Assembly: GCA_029953675.1 (NCBI GenBank) | Contig: JAMWBK010000004.1 | Location: forward strand, 1,012,001-1,260,000 | DNA: 248,000 bases | Direction: 5' to 3' | Source of the DNA: Rhodosorus marinus CCMP1338 | Lineage: Eukaryota > Plantae > Rhodophyta | Shown here: positions 159,873-172,169 of the stretch, piece after piece | Numbering within the stretch: position 1 is the first letter of the stretch | How the letters are laid out: every line of letters begins with the position of its first letter | Program-made: the position numbers and the translations under genes | Notes under the pieces: model-generated | Told to the model about the DNA's origin: nothing | The model's input: the letters and a program-made list of their open reading frames with translations, nothing else | Database searches by the model: none

Positions 159873-162800
159873 GACAAATCTGTTTCAACTCATAGAACTC
159901 ACCCTCTCTCCTCCCTTCCCAACCCTTCTCAACCCCCTCAACCCTTAGAATAAATACTCTCAAATCGGACACCTAACAATACCGGATCTTACCGTTCCCA
160001 AACTAAGCTAGTGCGCCATGAGAAAAAATACTAAGGAGCCCTTTGACCGAAGTTAAAAGCTTTACCCTAAAAGCATTAAAACAAATTCATTCAAGACTAT
160101 GTCACCAAAGCAAAGCATATCTCGTCCCCGAAGGTATAACCCCCCCCGCGCGCATGCGCACTCTCCGAGCTATTGGTCCGAGGGCATGTCCACTGAGGAT
160201 ACACACATAGACAAAACCCAAGAATTGGCTGTTCTTCAAAGAATTAGCAGTCAAGAAATTCTACAGAAAACATAAAATAGTTTCTTAAATTTATTACTGT
160301 TAATTGAGAAACTAGATACCACGTGAAATATATATGAATTCATAGTTTGTGTATATTAATTTCCAAAATAATATCTTGTATGGTCTGAATATTTCTTTTA
160401 TACAGTTCGCCGCTGCTAATGGATTGGGAAGTGTGTTGACTATTGATTTTTTTGTTTAGTTTCCGCGATGGATTGGAAGTGGTGTATTGATGATTGACTT
160501 TTTTGTTCAGTTCCACTAAACAAATCTCCCGATTGAAGAAAAGCACCTCTAGGGAAGAGAAACCGACTACGCCCGGCTGGCGAGAAGGGGTATCGCGCGC
160601 TTTTCGAGTATCAAGTCAGCGTTGAAACAGCATAGCAGGAAACTTTGACGGGTAAACAAGCGAGGAGAGGTTGTCAGGGCGCTCGCGGAACAACTCCCGA
160701 AAGCCAACGAGATTCAACGGAATCCGTAAAACAAAACACTAAATGACCCGAGGTACCGGGTGATGAGCAAAAGCCGAAGCGCGAATGACCGGGGGCAAGA
160801 CAAAGCCCCGGCCATATTTGCCAGCCTGAATTAATGGATTTGTGAAAGATTGTCAAGTTGCTTTCTCAAAGGGGTAAATATTCATGAAACCTCCTGGGTT
160901 GAATGAATTTTGAATTAATATTCAAGGCTCCCACTTTTTTGAGAAGGGGGTGTAAAGACCCAACCAACAAGTTGGGTCTTTACACCCCCTGACGTACGTA
161001 GAAAAGAGTTGGGCCAACCTTTGAGGAGGTGGGAAACACCATCAAAATTTTATTTCATTACACTGATTTGATCACTCATGTCCCAATATTCACCTGGTCC
161101 CCCTCCCGCCCCCCTTTACTTCCCCTTTCCCTTGCCACACAGACCATTCTTTCCTGTCAGTTTACCCTCTGGTCACCTTGTGCGGAACGTCCAAGGCAGC
161201 CATGTTTCATCGAGGAGAGGCGGTCAGAGGGCCGTGCTCAGAATTTAGATTGCTTACTTCTGCGGAGCACCTCTTTTACGCCTCCACAAAGAAGTTAAAT
161301 ACGCGCTGGCTTTGCCTTCCCCTGGAATTCGAGCTTCGGCTTTTGCTCATCGTCTAGTACCCTTGGTAGTTGGGTGTCCCCGATTGCTTCGCGGGGGACT
161401 GTTCCGCGAGCGCCGCGACCGGCTTTCCACGTTGTTAACCCGTTTGAATTTTCTGTTGTGGCGTATGAGCGCTGCCTTGGTGTTCGAGGCGCGTGATCTT
161501 CACCTTTCCTAGAATTGTTTTCCCCTCGACTTTTTTTTTCAGTCTCCAAATAAACAGATTCATCTCCACTGAAAGACATCAAGCCAGGGTTTTAGTCCCC
161601 CTAAGGCTCCCTTCACAAGACAAACGAAAATGCTTACTAAATTTTTTGTTAGCTTTTTACGCACTGTAGCGAAATTTTGGTGTGCATTTTTTTCTGGAAT
161701 GAATGGTTTAATGGCGCATTCGTTGAGCATCCGGTAAATTCTGGATTTAGATTGGTGAAAATATATCACAAAATGGATGTTGGGATTTGTTGGGCTTTAC
161801 TAGGATTTGTTTGCATCGATCGAAGTGAAAATGGGAGACAGAGTATATCTACCACACGCCGGCTAATCTAGTGGAAGAGCTATGTATGAAGGGCAAACCG
161901 GTCTTGAAGTTGAATGTGAGAAGTCCTTGCCTGTGGTGGACTAGTAGAGTGAAGGGATCCGTGTTCCCGACCTCGTTGTCACCTGTGAAGATAGCCAACG
162001 AACTACGTACGTTGACCTCGCTGTTCTCAATCCCCAGGCTATCCGTTATCTGCTGGTTGCGATGGAGCGCTGTGGATCTGCAGATGCAACTATGCGACGG
162101 CACAAGGAAGGGAAATACGCCGGGACTTTGTCTTCCCTGGAATTCGAGCTTCAGCCTTAGGTCATCGCCTGGTAATCTTGTTAGTTGAGTGTTTCGGATT
162201 TATGGACTCCGTTGGTTCCAGCTGGATTCGCGAATTGTTCCACGAGCGCCGCGACCGGCTTTCCTTGTTGTTAACCCGTTTGAGTTTCCGGGGTTGTGGC
162301 CGTATGAACGCTGCTTTAATGGTGGAGGCGCGTGATCTTCGCCTTCAGCAGTCTTTTTTTCCAGGCTCCGAATAAGCACATTGATTCAAACCACCCCCCC
162401 ACGCCTCATCTACAAACACAAACAATGCCCTCAGTGCAAACGCTTCAGGGTACCTAGCAAATCCATCGAATTCATTCAGTCTAGCGAAGTTTTGGGTGGA
162501 ACGGCGTATTGTTTGACCATCCCGCAAAATCTGGATTTAGTTCGTCGATTCAGATCTCAAAATGGATGCCGAGAGTCATTTTTCTCAGCAAGCGTTTACA
162601 ATCGAATCGATTTCAAGCCGTATAAAGGCTATGCTAGTAAAGTCCAGTATAAAGGCTTGTTAGAGTTGCTGATGGATTTGACGTCCCTGTACATGTCCCA
162701 GAATCGTGTTGACGGGAACAATGAACGTGCAGACCCTGGATGAAAACGTGTTGAAGCGATAATTATACGCATAGACTCTGAGGTGACTGAGGAGAGCTGG

Positions 162801-165108
162801 AGGAAACGATGTGATACCTGCATGTAAGCCAAACTCGTTGGCGTGCTAGTGAGGGATACTCCAAGACAAGGAACAAGACAGAACAAGCAAAAGGGCAAAT
162901 ACCTGAATTTTGTTAACAGGTTATGAGCATAGCCTGCGATTAAAAACAAATTCGAAGCAAGGCACTAGGAGGGTGGACTAGGTCACATGCTTTTTGAGAT
163001 ATGCCAAACTGACGGGACCCGAGAGACGACATTTACTGCAGAGCACTACTGTTAGACTAAAGCTGACAGGCCTGCACCAGCAGTCTGTTGGGAGGACAAT
163101 AACGAAGGAAAAAGGGTTCAACCCGTGTCCCTCCTCAACCTAAACCTAGCAGCAGAAGCTATGCTAGTTACCGGACAGACTATAGATGCTAAAGACCTGA
163201 TGAACAAACTGGAAAAGAAACACGTTGCAAAAAAGATAGCAGCACAAATTGAGAGGTAAGTGAAGATGCTGACGAGAGAGCTGAAACCAGACGAGACAAC
163301 GCTCGGGCTCCTGACGTGCTTGAAGAATATTACTCCGAAATACTCAAGCTCGACACTACAGAGTATAAGCCCATGGAGAGATTGGGTCGCATATGACTGA
163401 TCCTGAAGGACGAAGGAAATTTGCCGAGATCATTGAAGGGTTGAAGAATATCTCCAAGGATCAGCTATGCCCGGAACCATCTATTTCAGCTTTCTCTTCA
163501 GTAGTTTCACTTACCTCTCGATCTGTGTGCTATCGTTTTGTAACATATTTATTTTCCAGTTTGTTCATCAGTTTTTTAGCATCTGTAGTCTGTTCAGCAA
163601 ACAGCGTAGCTTCCGCCTCTAAGATTAGTTTGATAAGCGACGCCGCTTGAACTCCTTTCTCTTCGTTCTCTTCCTTCCCAAAGCCTGCTTCGTGAAGGTC
163701 CGCCAGTTTTTGTCTTTCAGTAATGCTGGCTCTCCGGTACTTGTAGTCGTCGGGTCCCGTCAGCTTGAACCATCTCAGGAAACATGTGACCTAATCCATA
163801 CTCTTTGCTTTGTTTTCATCATCAGCAAATTCTGGATTTAGATTTTGTTTTATATCACAAAATGTATATTGGGAGTCTTTTCATACATCGACATGAAAAC
163901 AGGGTACAGAGCCTGTCTACCATATGAAGAGAATCTAGTGCAAGCGCTTCACGCCTTACGTAGCGCTTCAGGCTATGCTAGTAAAGTCCAGTGCAAGCGC
164001 TACGTAGGGCGTAAAAAGGAACTAGGAACTAGGGAAAAGCGTGCAACCCCGGGCGGCGCGGTGGCGCGAACTCAGTGAGTATGCTGCTAGAATATCGCCA
164101 GCGAGCGAAGCTTTAACTGCCTAGGAGTCTGAGACATTCAACAAGATGGTCAGTAAAAACGTTTCCGCACTCAGCTGGGTCAAGCACCTATGACTGCTAT
164201 ATTGTGGTGCGTTCATTGAAAGAGCGAAAGAGAGAAAGAGAGAGTGGGGCTGGATAAATGCTTAGCCTCTGCATTAGCCGATCTGAAGACGTTCGAAAAT
164301 TTCGAAGGACATGTCGTCTTACGCTTGGTTTAGCCAACTGTAATGCACATAGTTTAATGCCCTGCTTCTCACCGCCTGAAAGTTGAATGCCGAAATGCTC
164401 GATGTAGAGGGCGATGCTTTCAAACAGCGGTGCTGAGCTGGCAATCAATGTTGCCCCAGCGCGGCTAGTGTACCACGTCACCCATCGCTGATTGAAATCT
164501 TGTGCTGCGGTGCTGTACATGCTCGACAGATTTCAGCAGTATGTGATATTGCGATTTGCTAAGCAAACTGTACTGTCCTCCCCTTCTATCGAACCATACT
164601 CACAACGAGCTGGTAGTGGTGGTGGTTTTTTACTTGCATAGAGTTCAGCGCTACGCAGGGCGTAGTTTAAACTAGGAACGAGGAACGAGGAACGAGGAAC
164701 GAAATTGTGCAAGCAAAGGCGACGGTACAGAGCCTCGGCTAACGTCTAGAATATCGCCATAGGCGACTCTGAACCGGCGATAAGGACAAAATACTGGGCG
164801 GGAAGGTCAGTGAAACATTTACGAAGCCATTCTAACCTTGGATTTTCAAGGTGACCACAGCTTTCCACGATGAAACGCTAAAACCTTTGGGCCCTGCCCT
164901 CAGGAGGAAACTGGCCATCCTTTCCCAGCGTATCGACGCTCCTTCTGTCGGCGGGGCATAGCAGCTGCTGCAACCTGGCATAGCGCAGCAGACCGGAGAT
165001 TGATATTTTGCACTGGGCAAGTGACGGCGAGGTCATCATATTCACAGTGTGGGTCGCACTATCCAAAAATATTAGTCCAACGGATTTATTCGGAAAGTGT
165101 ACTAATAG

Positions 165109-166518
165109 CTAGTTATCTATAATCCCAACAATGTCACCATATAGTCCCAATATTAGGGCCGTCAGTCCAAACATGATTATTACCACGCTAAGTACAGTGA
165201 AAAGATGCTCCTTTCCCTTTCTCTCTCTGGCAAACGTATAAATATCAATACCCGCAGGCCAAAGCATCATGGTCTGAGAGGCAATCAGAGAAGAAATAAG
165301 AGCTAGATAGATCTGAAAAGATGGAATTACAGTATTCACAAGGGTTTCTAGTACAATCACAATGAGGGCCCATAAGAACCACCACAACAACGCCGCAGGT
165401 TTCAAACTCGTCAGTTTTGCAACTTCGTATGGACCGTTGTCTTTGCCAAAAACAATCCGTTTAACAAACGGTTCAGCAGCCCTCTGGACCCCATAGATCA
165501 GCACTTGACCCGTCACAATTACCGCAATCGCTGCGTGTATAACAACACAGACATCGGCTACGATCGCAGCTGCTCCTAGCTGAAGCGAGTTCGTGAATGG
165601 AGACACCAGCCATGTCGCATCTCCCGCAAGCCCGTACACTACAGAACCAGTAGTCGCGTAGAACAGGTATGCAAAGGTCTGAGAAAAGACCAACGAGTAT
165701 GGAAAATTCTTAACAAACTTCATCGCGCTCATAATCTCGAGGAATACGACCGCGCCGGCAAAAGCGTACAGCATATCCATTGCGGCGATTACGCAATCCG
165801 ATGTTCCGTAATACGAAAACAGTACTCGTTGCCCGACCGGATACGCCACTGGATCCTTCACCATGTTCGCAATCACGAAGAAGGAAATTACAACTGGAAC
165901 AATAATACTCACAATGGCGATGATAGAAGTGAACGCCATTGCTTTGAAGCTCCTGAGCTGCAGTACTACAAGTGAGACGAATCCAGCGATGACCATCCAC
166001 TCCGTGAGAGATACTGCGGATCCGCTGAAAAGTGCACTCCATGCTTTAGCTTGCGTGTAGCTGAACGCGGCGGAGTACAAGAATAGGAGTGGGTATGTGT
166101 TGAATCGGGCGAAAACCAACCCCTTCTTCCCAAAGGCACCGTTGAACAATTCCGGGTACGAATGCACTCCTTCGTACTTCTGGTATCGCAAGCGCCAAAG
166201 AAGGAAACCCGCACACATCGAGAGCCCCCAGCACAGCAAAAGAGTAAGATGTCCTGGTATCCATCCTAGCGTCGCGAAAGCGTTTGGAATGCTCAGCACT
166301 CCCGTACCAACCATGTCCACGATCAGCAAAAGCATTGCAAGCGCAACGCTCAGATTCTCGCAGGTGTCATCTACGGCGTCCCCACTCTCTATGTCTTTCC
166401 TGAGTTCCGCTGCTTCCTTCAAGTCATTAAGCGAGTCATCGGTGACATTGCCCACGTCCACAACAACGGCGCTCTTCAAGGTACACTCCTCACCAAGCTT
166501 TGAATCAATTGATGCCAT
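165109..166518 (-). CDS. Amino-acid permease (AAAP/Aa_trans family), copy 1
   Basis: DMVGTGVLSIPNAFATLGWIPG, YAFAG..FLEIMSAMK; about 11 TM. Confidence 0.92.
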   Translation of the reverse strand: MASIDSKLGEECTLKSAVVVDVGNVTDDSLNDLKEAAELRKDIESGDAVDDTCENLSVALAMLLLIVDMVGTGVLSIPNAFATLGWIPGHLTLLLCWGLSMCAGFLLWRLRYQKYEGVHSYPELFNGAFGKKGLVFARFNTYPLLFLYSAAFSYTQAKAWSALFSGSAVSLTEWMVIAGFVSLVVLQLRSFKAMAFTSIIAIVSIIVPVVISFFVIANMVKDPVAYPVGQRVLFSYYGTSDCVIAAMDMLYAFAGAVVFLEIMSAMKFVKNFPYSLVFSQTFAYLFYATTGSVVYGLAGDATWLVSPFTNSLQLGAAAIVADVCVVIHAAIAVIVTGQVLIYGVQRAAEPFVKRIVFGKDNGPYEVAKLTSLKPAALLWWFLWALIVIVLETLVNTVIPSFQIYLALISSLIASQTMMLWPAGIDIYTFARERKGKEHLFTVLSVVIIMFGLTALILGLYGDIVGIIDN

Positions 166519-167284
166519 TTTTCTGCACTATTTTCATTCACAATATGTCTCAGCCACTGATGCCGTCCTAGACAGCAGGTCACTCTTCAACGCTGATGAA
166601 GAGTGACTATAAATCCTCTTCGTGAGAAGTTCGCATAGCGTGCTCGTTCCGGGGCTCGCTGTTGTGTCCGAGGGTAATAGCTGATCTAATCTACTGGAAA
166701 CCTGCAAAATCCCAAAATAGCACCCAAGTACACTCATAGCGCTCCGGGAAAGAGCCCGAAGTGATCAGCCCATTGCGTATGCTTACCGCCGTGAGCTAAG
166801 AGCATATTGGTTTAACTTGCTAGTCGCAATTGGCGGGTTCACATGTTTGTCAATCGATGGAGTTTCTTGACAACATGAGTGGACACATGTTTATCAATCG
166901 ATGGAGTTTCTTGATAAGATGAGTGGACTGCTGACTATCTCAGCTGACAGCAGTCCGTTTCTAACTATCCCGTTTTCCTAGCGCTATATGGGTTGAACTT
167001 CAAAACTCGAGAAAGTCTTCCAAACACGCACAAGTCTCATCTTGTGCTGACTTGTTTCTACGAATATTCCGCAGATCATGTGGTCCGAAATACAACTTGT
167101 TACTCCTAAATTCCATCTGATTGTCACGTAATAATGCTATTCTGGACTGTACACAAATAATATTTCTTAAATAATTAACAGATATCAATATCAGAATACT
167201 CAAAATAAAGTGGCGACACTTAAAAAATTGAAAGCATCCTCACCCCAAGAAAGGAATTACACCTTTCTGTCCCTAATCAGTCTG

Positions 167285-170200
167285 TCAGCAAAGAAGCAGT
167301 TTTTGGTTTCGTGAGGGTGTATGGTGCTGGCTTTTGGTGGTTTTGAGTCGCAATTGTGTTCTTCGGTGGGAGGCGCTTCTTTCTGCAGCCTTTCCCCCGC
167401 ATCTTCTAGTGGTGTGGTGCGTGCTGGGGGTTGCTAGCGCCCCTTGGAGGTCGTGGTGGTTTTTCTTTGGTTGCAAACGTTGGGAACAAGTTCTCTTTTT
167501 GGGGGTTTCGTGGGGGAATCGGTTTTTCACACCTTCCAATCGTTATGGTTGGGGTTTCCCCACCCATTCCGGCGGACGGAGCCGTTCTCTCAGCGCGCGT
167601 GGAGCTCAGCGTGGGCGGGTTTAGTACCGCGGGCACCCTCACGGACTGCGCTGACGAGTTAGCCCATGGGATCTGCTCGAAACTGACGAGTCTTCTTGTG
167701 ACTGCTTCCCAGGAACACCGCCTGCCCCTGCTGATCGCCTATTTGGAGCGCTTCTCCGCCTCCGCGCCTGCCCCATACCCCCCGGTGCCCGTCCCCGCGG
167801 ATCCGCACGGTACAGCGGGGCCTGCCTCCACCCGACCCGAGCGCTCCGCTCCGGTCATTCCTGATTCCGACTGGCCTACCCCTATTCAAGGACAGACGCC
167901 TCCTGGGCCCGCGTCGGGCCCGAATCCTGCTCCCTCCAGTGCCCCACGTGCGACCTATTCGCAGGTCCTACGCAGGGGCTCTTCTGAACAACGCACGACG
168001 GCAATGGTGCGTATGATGCCACAACACATCCCTATTGACTCTTCTCGCCAACTATCTCCGTTCCACTTTGTTTGGATGACGAACGTGCGTCCCCAGACCC
168101 CCTCTCGTGGTCGGGGCCGCGCGCCCGTCCACTACCGCGATTTTCGCGACACCATGGCTTCCTCCCTTGGGGTCGCCCCGTCTGAATTCCTATATGTGGA
168201 CTTCACGGGCCCTCATGCCTGTTTTCTTGTTACTGACTCGGCTTACCAGTTCCTTCAATCCCTTGTAACCACCCCCGCGCCCCAGCGCTCTGCTCTGGCC
168301 AACATGATACTGACTCGTTCTCATGTCTCTTTGTTTGTCGAGTTCGATCGTTTTGACGCCGGCTGGGTTCCACCGTCGGCCTTGCAAAACCTGGATGCCT
168401 CGCAGGTTTCGGTTGTCGCGCTACACACTCATGCGGCGCGGCTCTCGCGCATACAGGCGAGCCTCTTCGCGCGTTTTCCTCCTCGCGGGGTCCTCCGCAC
168501 CGCGCTAGAGGCCTTCCTCTCCACTGAGGCCACCCTGCTGGAAGCCCACCCTGCGTTTGACCTTCTGCCGCCGACTCCTGAGCACCCTTCCTCCCCTCGC
168601 CCTGTCTCCGAGGCTCGTGACACCGACATGGCAGAAGCACCATCGGCCTCTCCCAATCCGCTGGCTCTGGACACCCTCAGTCAAGACTCCGCTGCTGAAA
168701 ACCCTGTGTCTACTTTCTTCAGGTCTTTTAGTTCCTTCGTGCGCCCTCCACGTAAGCGTCGTGCGGCTCCTGAGCCTCCCTCCGAGGCACCTCCTCCGGA
168801 TATTCGATCTGCCTTCCCGACTGAGGGGAGGCCCGATGTCTGAGTCTTCCTCCTCCGCGTGCGTGTCGTCCCGGTTACCCCTGTTTACCAGTGACCGCTC
168901 AGCCTGGCATGAGCGTGTTCTCTCGTGGTTTTCGCACCTTATCGCCTCCTACCCGGACGGTTCCCTTCCCCTTTGTCGTCAGAGCACGGCCGTACGGCTC
169001 CCTCGTCGACTTCATAAGCCCCTAGGATTGGTGTTGGATTTTCTCTGGCAGCAGGTCGCCGCGAACCCTCACTGCTCTCTTCGCTGGGAACTCTTGTTCT
169101 TTTTCCCCGCTTCGTGCTCACATCCTCTACCGTCCCCCTCAACCCACATCCTCGCCGGGTCCACCCTCGCCGAAAACTGCAAATGTTCCTTTCCGGCGAC
169201 TTTGAGGACCTCGAACGTCTTTATTTCGCTTCTCTCTCTTCCTTTTCTCCTAGTGCTTCCTCAGCTTTTAGGTCTTCGCGACAGAATCGGGCGCGTCACG
169301 CGGTGGCAGGCGGTGATCTGCGGCGGGCAGCCGGGATCCTCCAGCAGCGGCAACCTGTGGTTCCATACTCCGATGATCTTTCTTCACCGCTCCGTTTGCT
169401 CTTTCCCTCGGAAGGCTCCCCTTGGGACTCCTCGTTTGAATCAGTGTTGGAAGAGTACCGCGCCGCGCCACATCCCAGTGCGCGGTTAGTGGTCAATCTG
169501 GAGGCGGTGCGTGAGTTGGTTCATGATGCTCCGAAGGGCCGTTCCCCAGGGCCCTCGGGGCTGCGGGTGGAATATCTCCGTTTCTTAAGTGATGAAGGTT
169601 TGAAGGCGTTGGCGTGGGTGGTCGAAGCGCTTGTGAATGGTGATCCCCTGTGTGAGTGTGCGTGGTTCTTGGTCGGGCGTTCGCAGTTGTGTCTGCTTTC
169701 GAAGCCCAGCCAGACGGCCTCGAGCCCTGCTATTCGCCCTATTGGCCTGGTTGAGGTGGTCCGCAAATTGGCGGCGCGATGGTTAGTGAAAATCCTGGTT
169801 CCCGAATCCCGCCGTTTCTTTGGGCACGTGCAGTTAGGCGTGGGCTATCGTGGTGGCTGTGAGTTGTTGTCTGTTTTACTCCGTTCGGAAATGGCGTACT
169901 CCCCAGATTCTGGGCTCCTCTCTGTAGATTTTACCAATGCGTTCAACCGCATCTCTCGTCCGGCTCTCATGCACGTGGTGCGCGAAGTCTTCCCTGTAGG
170001 CTTTCCCTTTGTTAGTAGACTTTATTCTCCGCTTGGTCGTGGGGCTACCTATGACACCCTTGGCGCTTCCTCACACACGTTTGCGGCGCGCACAGGGGTA
170101 CAACAGGGTGATCCCTTGTCCCCTTTCCTACATGCCTGTGGACTACAACTCGTCTTGCTTTGTCTTCGCTCCGAATTCCCGCAGGTTCGTACGGTTGCAT

Positions 170201-172035
170201 ACCACGACGACGTGTGCCTGCTGGGGCCCCCTGATACTCTAGCGCTCGCTTATGATCGTCTCCGCTCCTTGGCTTCGCGGGTTGACCTGGAGGTTAATCA
170301 TCACAAATCGTTCTACTGGGGAGGTGTAGCTGCACAAGAGCAGCAGGTACCTGCGTCGTTCCAGGATATTTGGAGACCGGATGGTTTTGTCCACTTAGGC
170401 ATCCCCTACGGGTCGCCGTCCTTCGTTGAAGGCGAGTTGCTGCAGCTCCTCGGTAAGCACAGACAGCTGGTTGCAGAGCTTCGACGGCTACCTCCGGGCT
170501 TTCTCCAGTGCTCGTTGTTGCTGTTTCGGTATTGTTGCAGTCAGCGGTTAACCTATTGGCTTCGCTCACTTCCAACTCATTGGGGCCGGTGGTTGGCCAC
170601 TCGTGCGGATGCTGAAAGTTTCCGTGACCTGGGGTATTTTCTCGATGAAGAGCTGAGCGCTCTGCCGCGACCCACCTGTGATGTTGTGCGCGCCCAGGTA
170701 GGCCTCCCATTGCGATTGGGGGGACTGGGCCTCTGCAATCGTGTTGTGGTCCAACCTGCAGCCGCAGTAGGGGCCTGGGGAACCGCACTTCCCACTTTGA
170801 GCAGCTTGGGTATCTCGAAGTTCCGCAATTTGATGGCGAGCCTCTCGCGGGGTGTCTTGCTTCCCAGCGTACCGGAAAGCGCCCAAGACTTGTTTCTGGA
170901 GCTCCAAACCGCCCTGAACTCCTGTACTAGTCTCCCCGAAACCGTTCAACCCCGTCTTCCTGACTGGCGAGCTGTATTTGACCGCTCTCGAGGCTCCGCC
171001 CCGGGGATTCGTCCTGCGCCTGAACCTGTTCTAGGGGAGATTGACCCAGTGGTTGCCGCAGAAGAAGAAGTTCCAGTTGATCCTCCTGATGATTCCCAGC
171101 GCGCTGGGAGCCGAGCTCAAGCACGCACGGATGCGCTGCAAAATATCCTTTCTTGGGACTTGCACCGTGCTGCATATGGCCGACTCCTCGCGCAGATGGT
171201 CTCATCTTCTCGCGCTCGCGCCCGCCTACGTAGTCTTGGAGGGGTTCTTAGCTCTCAGTGGCTCATGACCGTACCAGCCTTTCCGCCACTCACACTGTCG
171301 GATTTCGAAGTGCGTACTTCACTGCGCTTATACCTCGGCTTACAGCAGCCCCCTTGGCCGTACGAGATGGGTTCGTCGTGCCCTCTCTGCTCTCAGACTG
171401 AAGACAACGCAGATTTTGGCGCCCACCTGCTCGCTAGTTGCCCGGCGGTGAAAGGTGCTCGAACCCGCCGCCACACACGGATCTTGAACCTGTTATACCG
171501 GGAACTTCGGCCTATAGTCCAGCAAGCCGGTCTGGAAATCGAACGTGAGAAACCTTTACCCGTCGCGGGCTTTCAAAATGATGAACGCCGCGTAGCCGAC
171601 CTGGTGATAACCTGTGACGACAGCCGCCGTACCACATACGTTGATCTTGCTGTTCCCAACCCTCAAGCTAGTCGTTATCTCCCGGCTGCGGGGGAGCGCC
171701 GTGGATCTGCCGCCGCCAGCATGAGACGCCGCAAAGAGATCAAATACGCGGGGGCTTTGTCTTCCCCTGGTGTTCGTGCTTCGGCACTAGCACATCGCTT
171801 GGTACCCCTGATCATTGAGTGCTTTGGGTTCATGGACTCTGTTGGTTCTCGCTGGCTTCGGGAGTTGTTCCGCGAACGCCCTGACCGTCTTCAATCGTTG
171901 TTTACCCGCTTAAGTTTCCTGCTGTGGCGCATGAATGCCGCTTTGATGTTGGAGGCGCGAGTACTTCGCCGCGCTTAGTCTTTTTTTCCCCTCGGGTTTT
172001 TTTTTTTTTTCAGCCTCCGATTAAACCATTCATTC
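167285..172035 (+). mobile_element. Full-length CRE family A non-LTR retrotransposon with 10-bp TSD AATCAGTCTG
   Basis: TSD at 167275-167284 and 172036-172045; ORF1 167431..168843; ORF2 from ATG 168836 with one frame break near 169105, then RT (GVQQGDPLSP, AYHDDV), CCHC and RLE to 171978. Confidence 0.96.
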
Positions 172036-172109
172036 AATCAGTCTGAGATCAGCATCCACATCTTCCAAAACAACACGGTCTACGATGCTACCCTTAAGCG
172101 GACAATTGT

Positions 172110-172169
172110 ACCATTCGTTCGGTACGAACGAATGGTTTAATCGGAGGCTGAAAAAAAGCCTCCGTTCGG
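172110..172169. mobile_element. 60-bp scrambled CRE-A 3'-end insertion with a 15-bp TSD
   Basis: TAAGCGGACAATTGT at 172095-172109 and 172170-172184. Confidence 0.85.

Noticed and set aside
168750-168835. Calicivirus-type TURBS (UGGGA) upstream of the AUGUCUGA overlap
   Set aside because: No exact UGGGA is present in the expected window.
167200-172100. Spliced-leader or rDNA target specificity for the CRE elements
   Set aside because: The flanks of different copies are unrelated, and I recognised no rRNA or SL array in the window.
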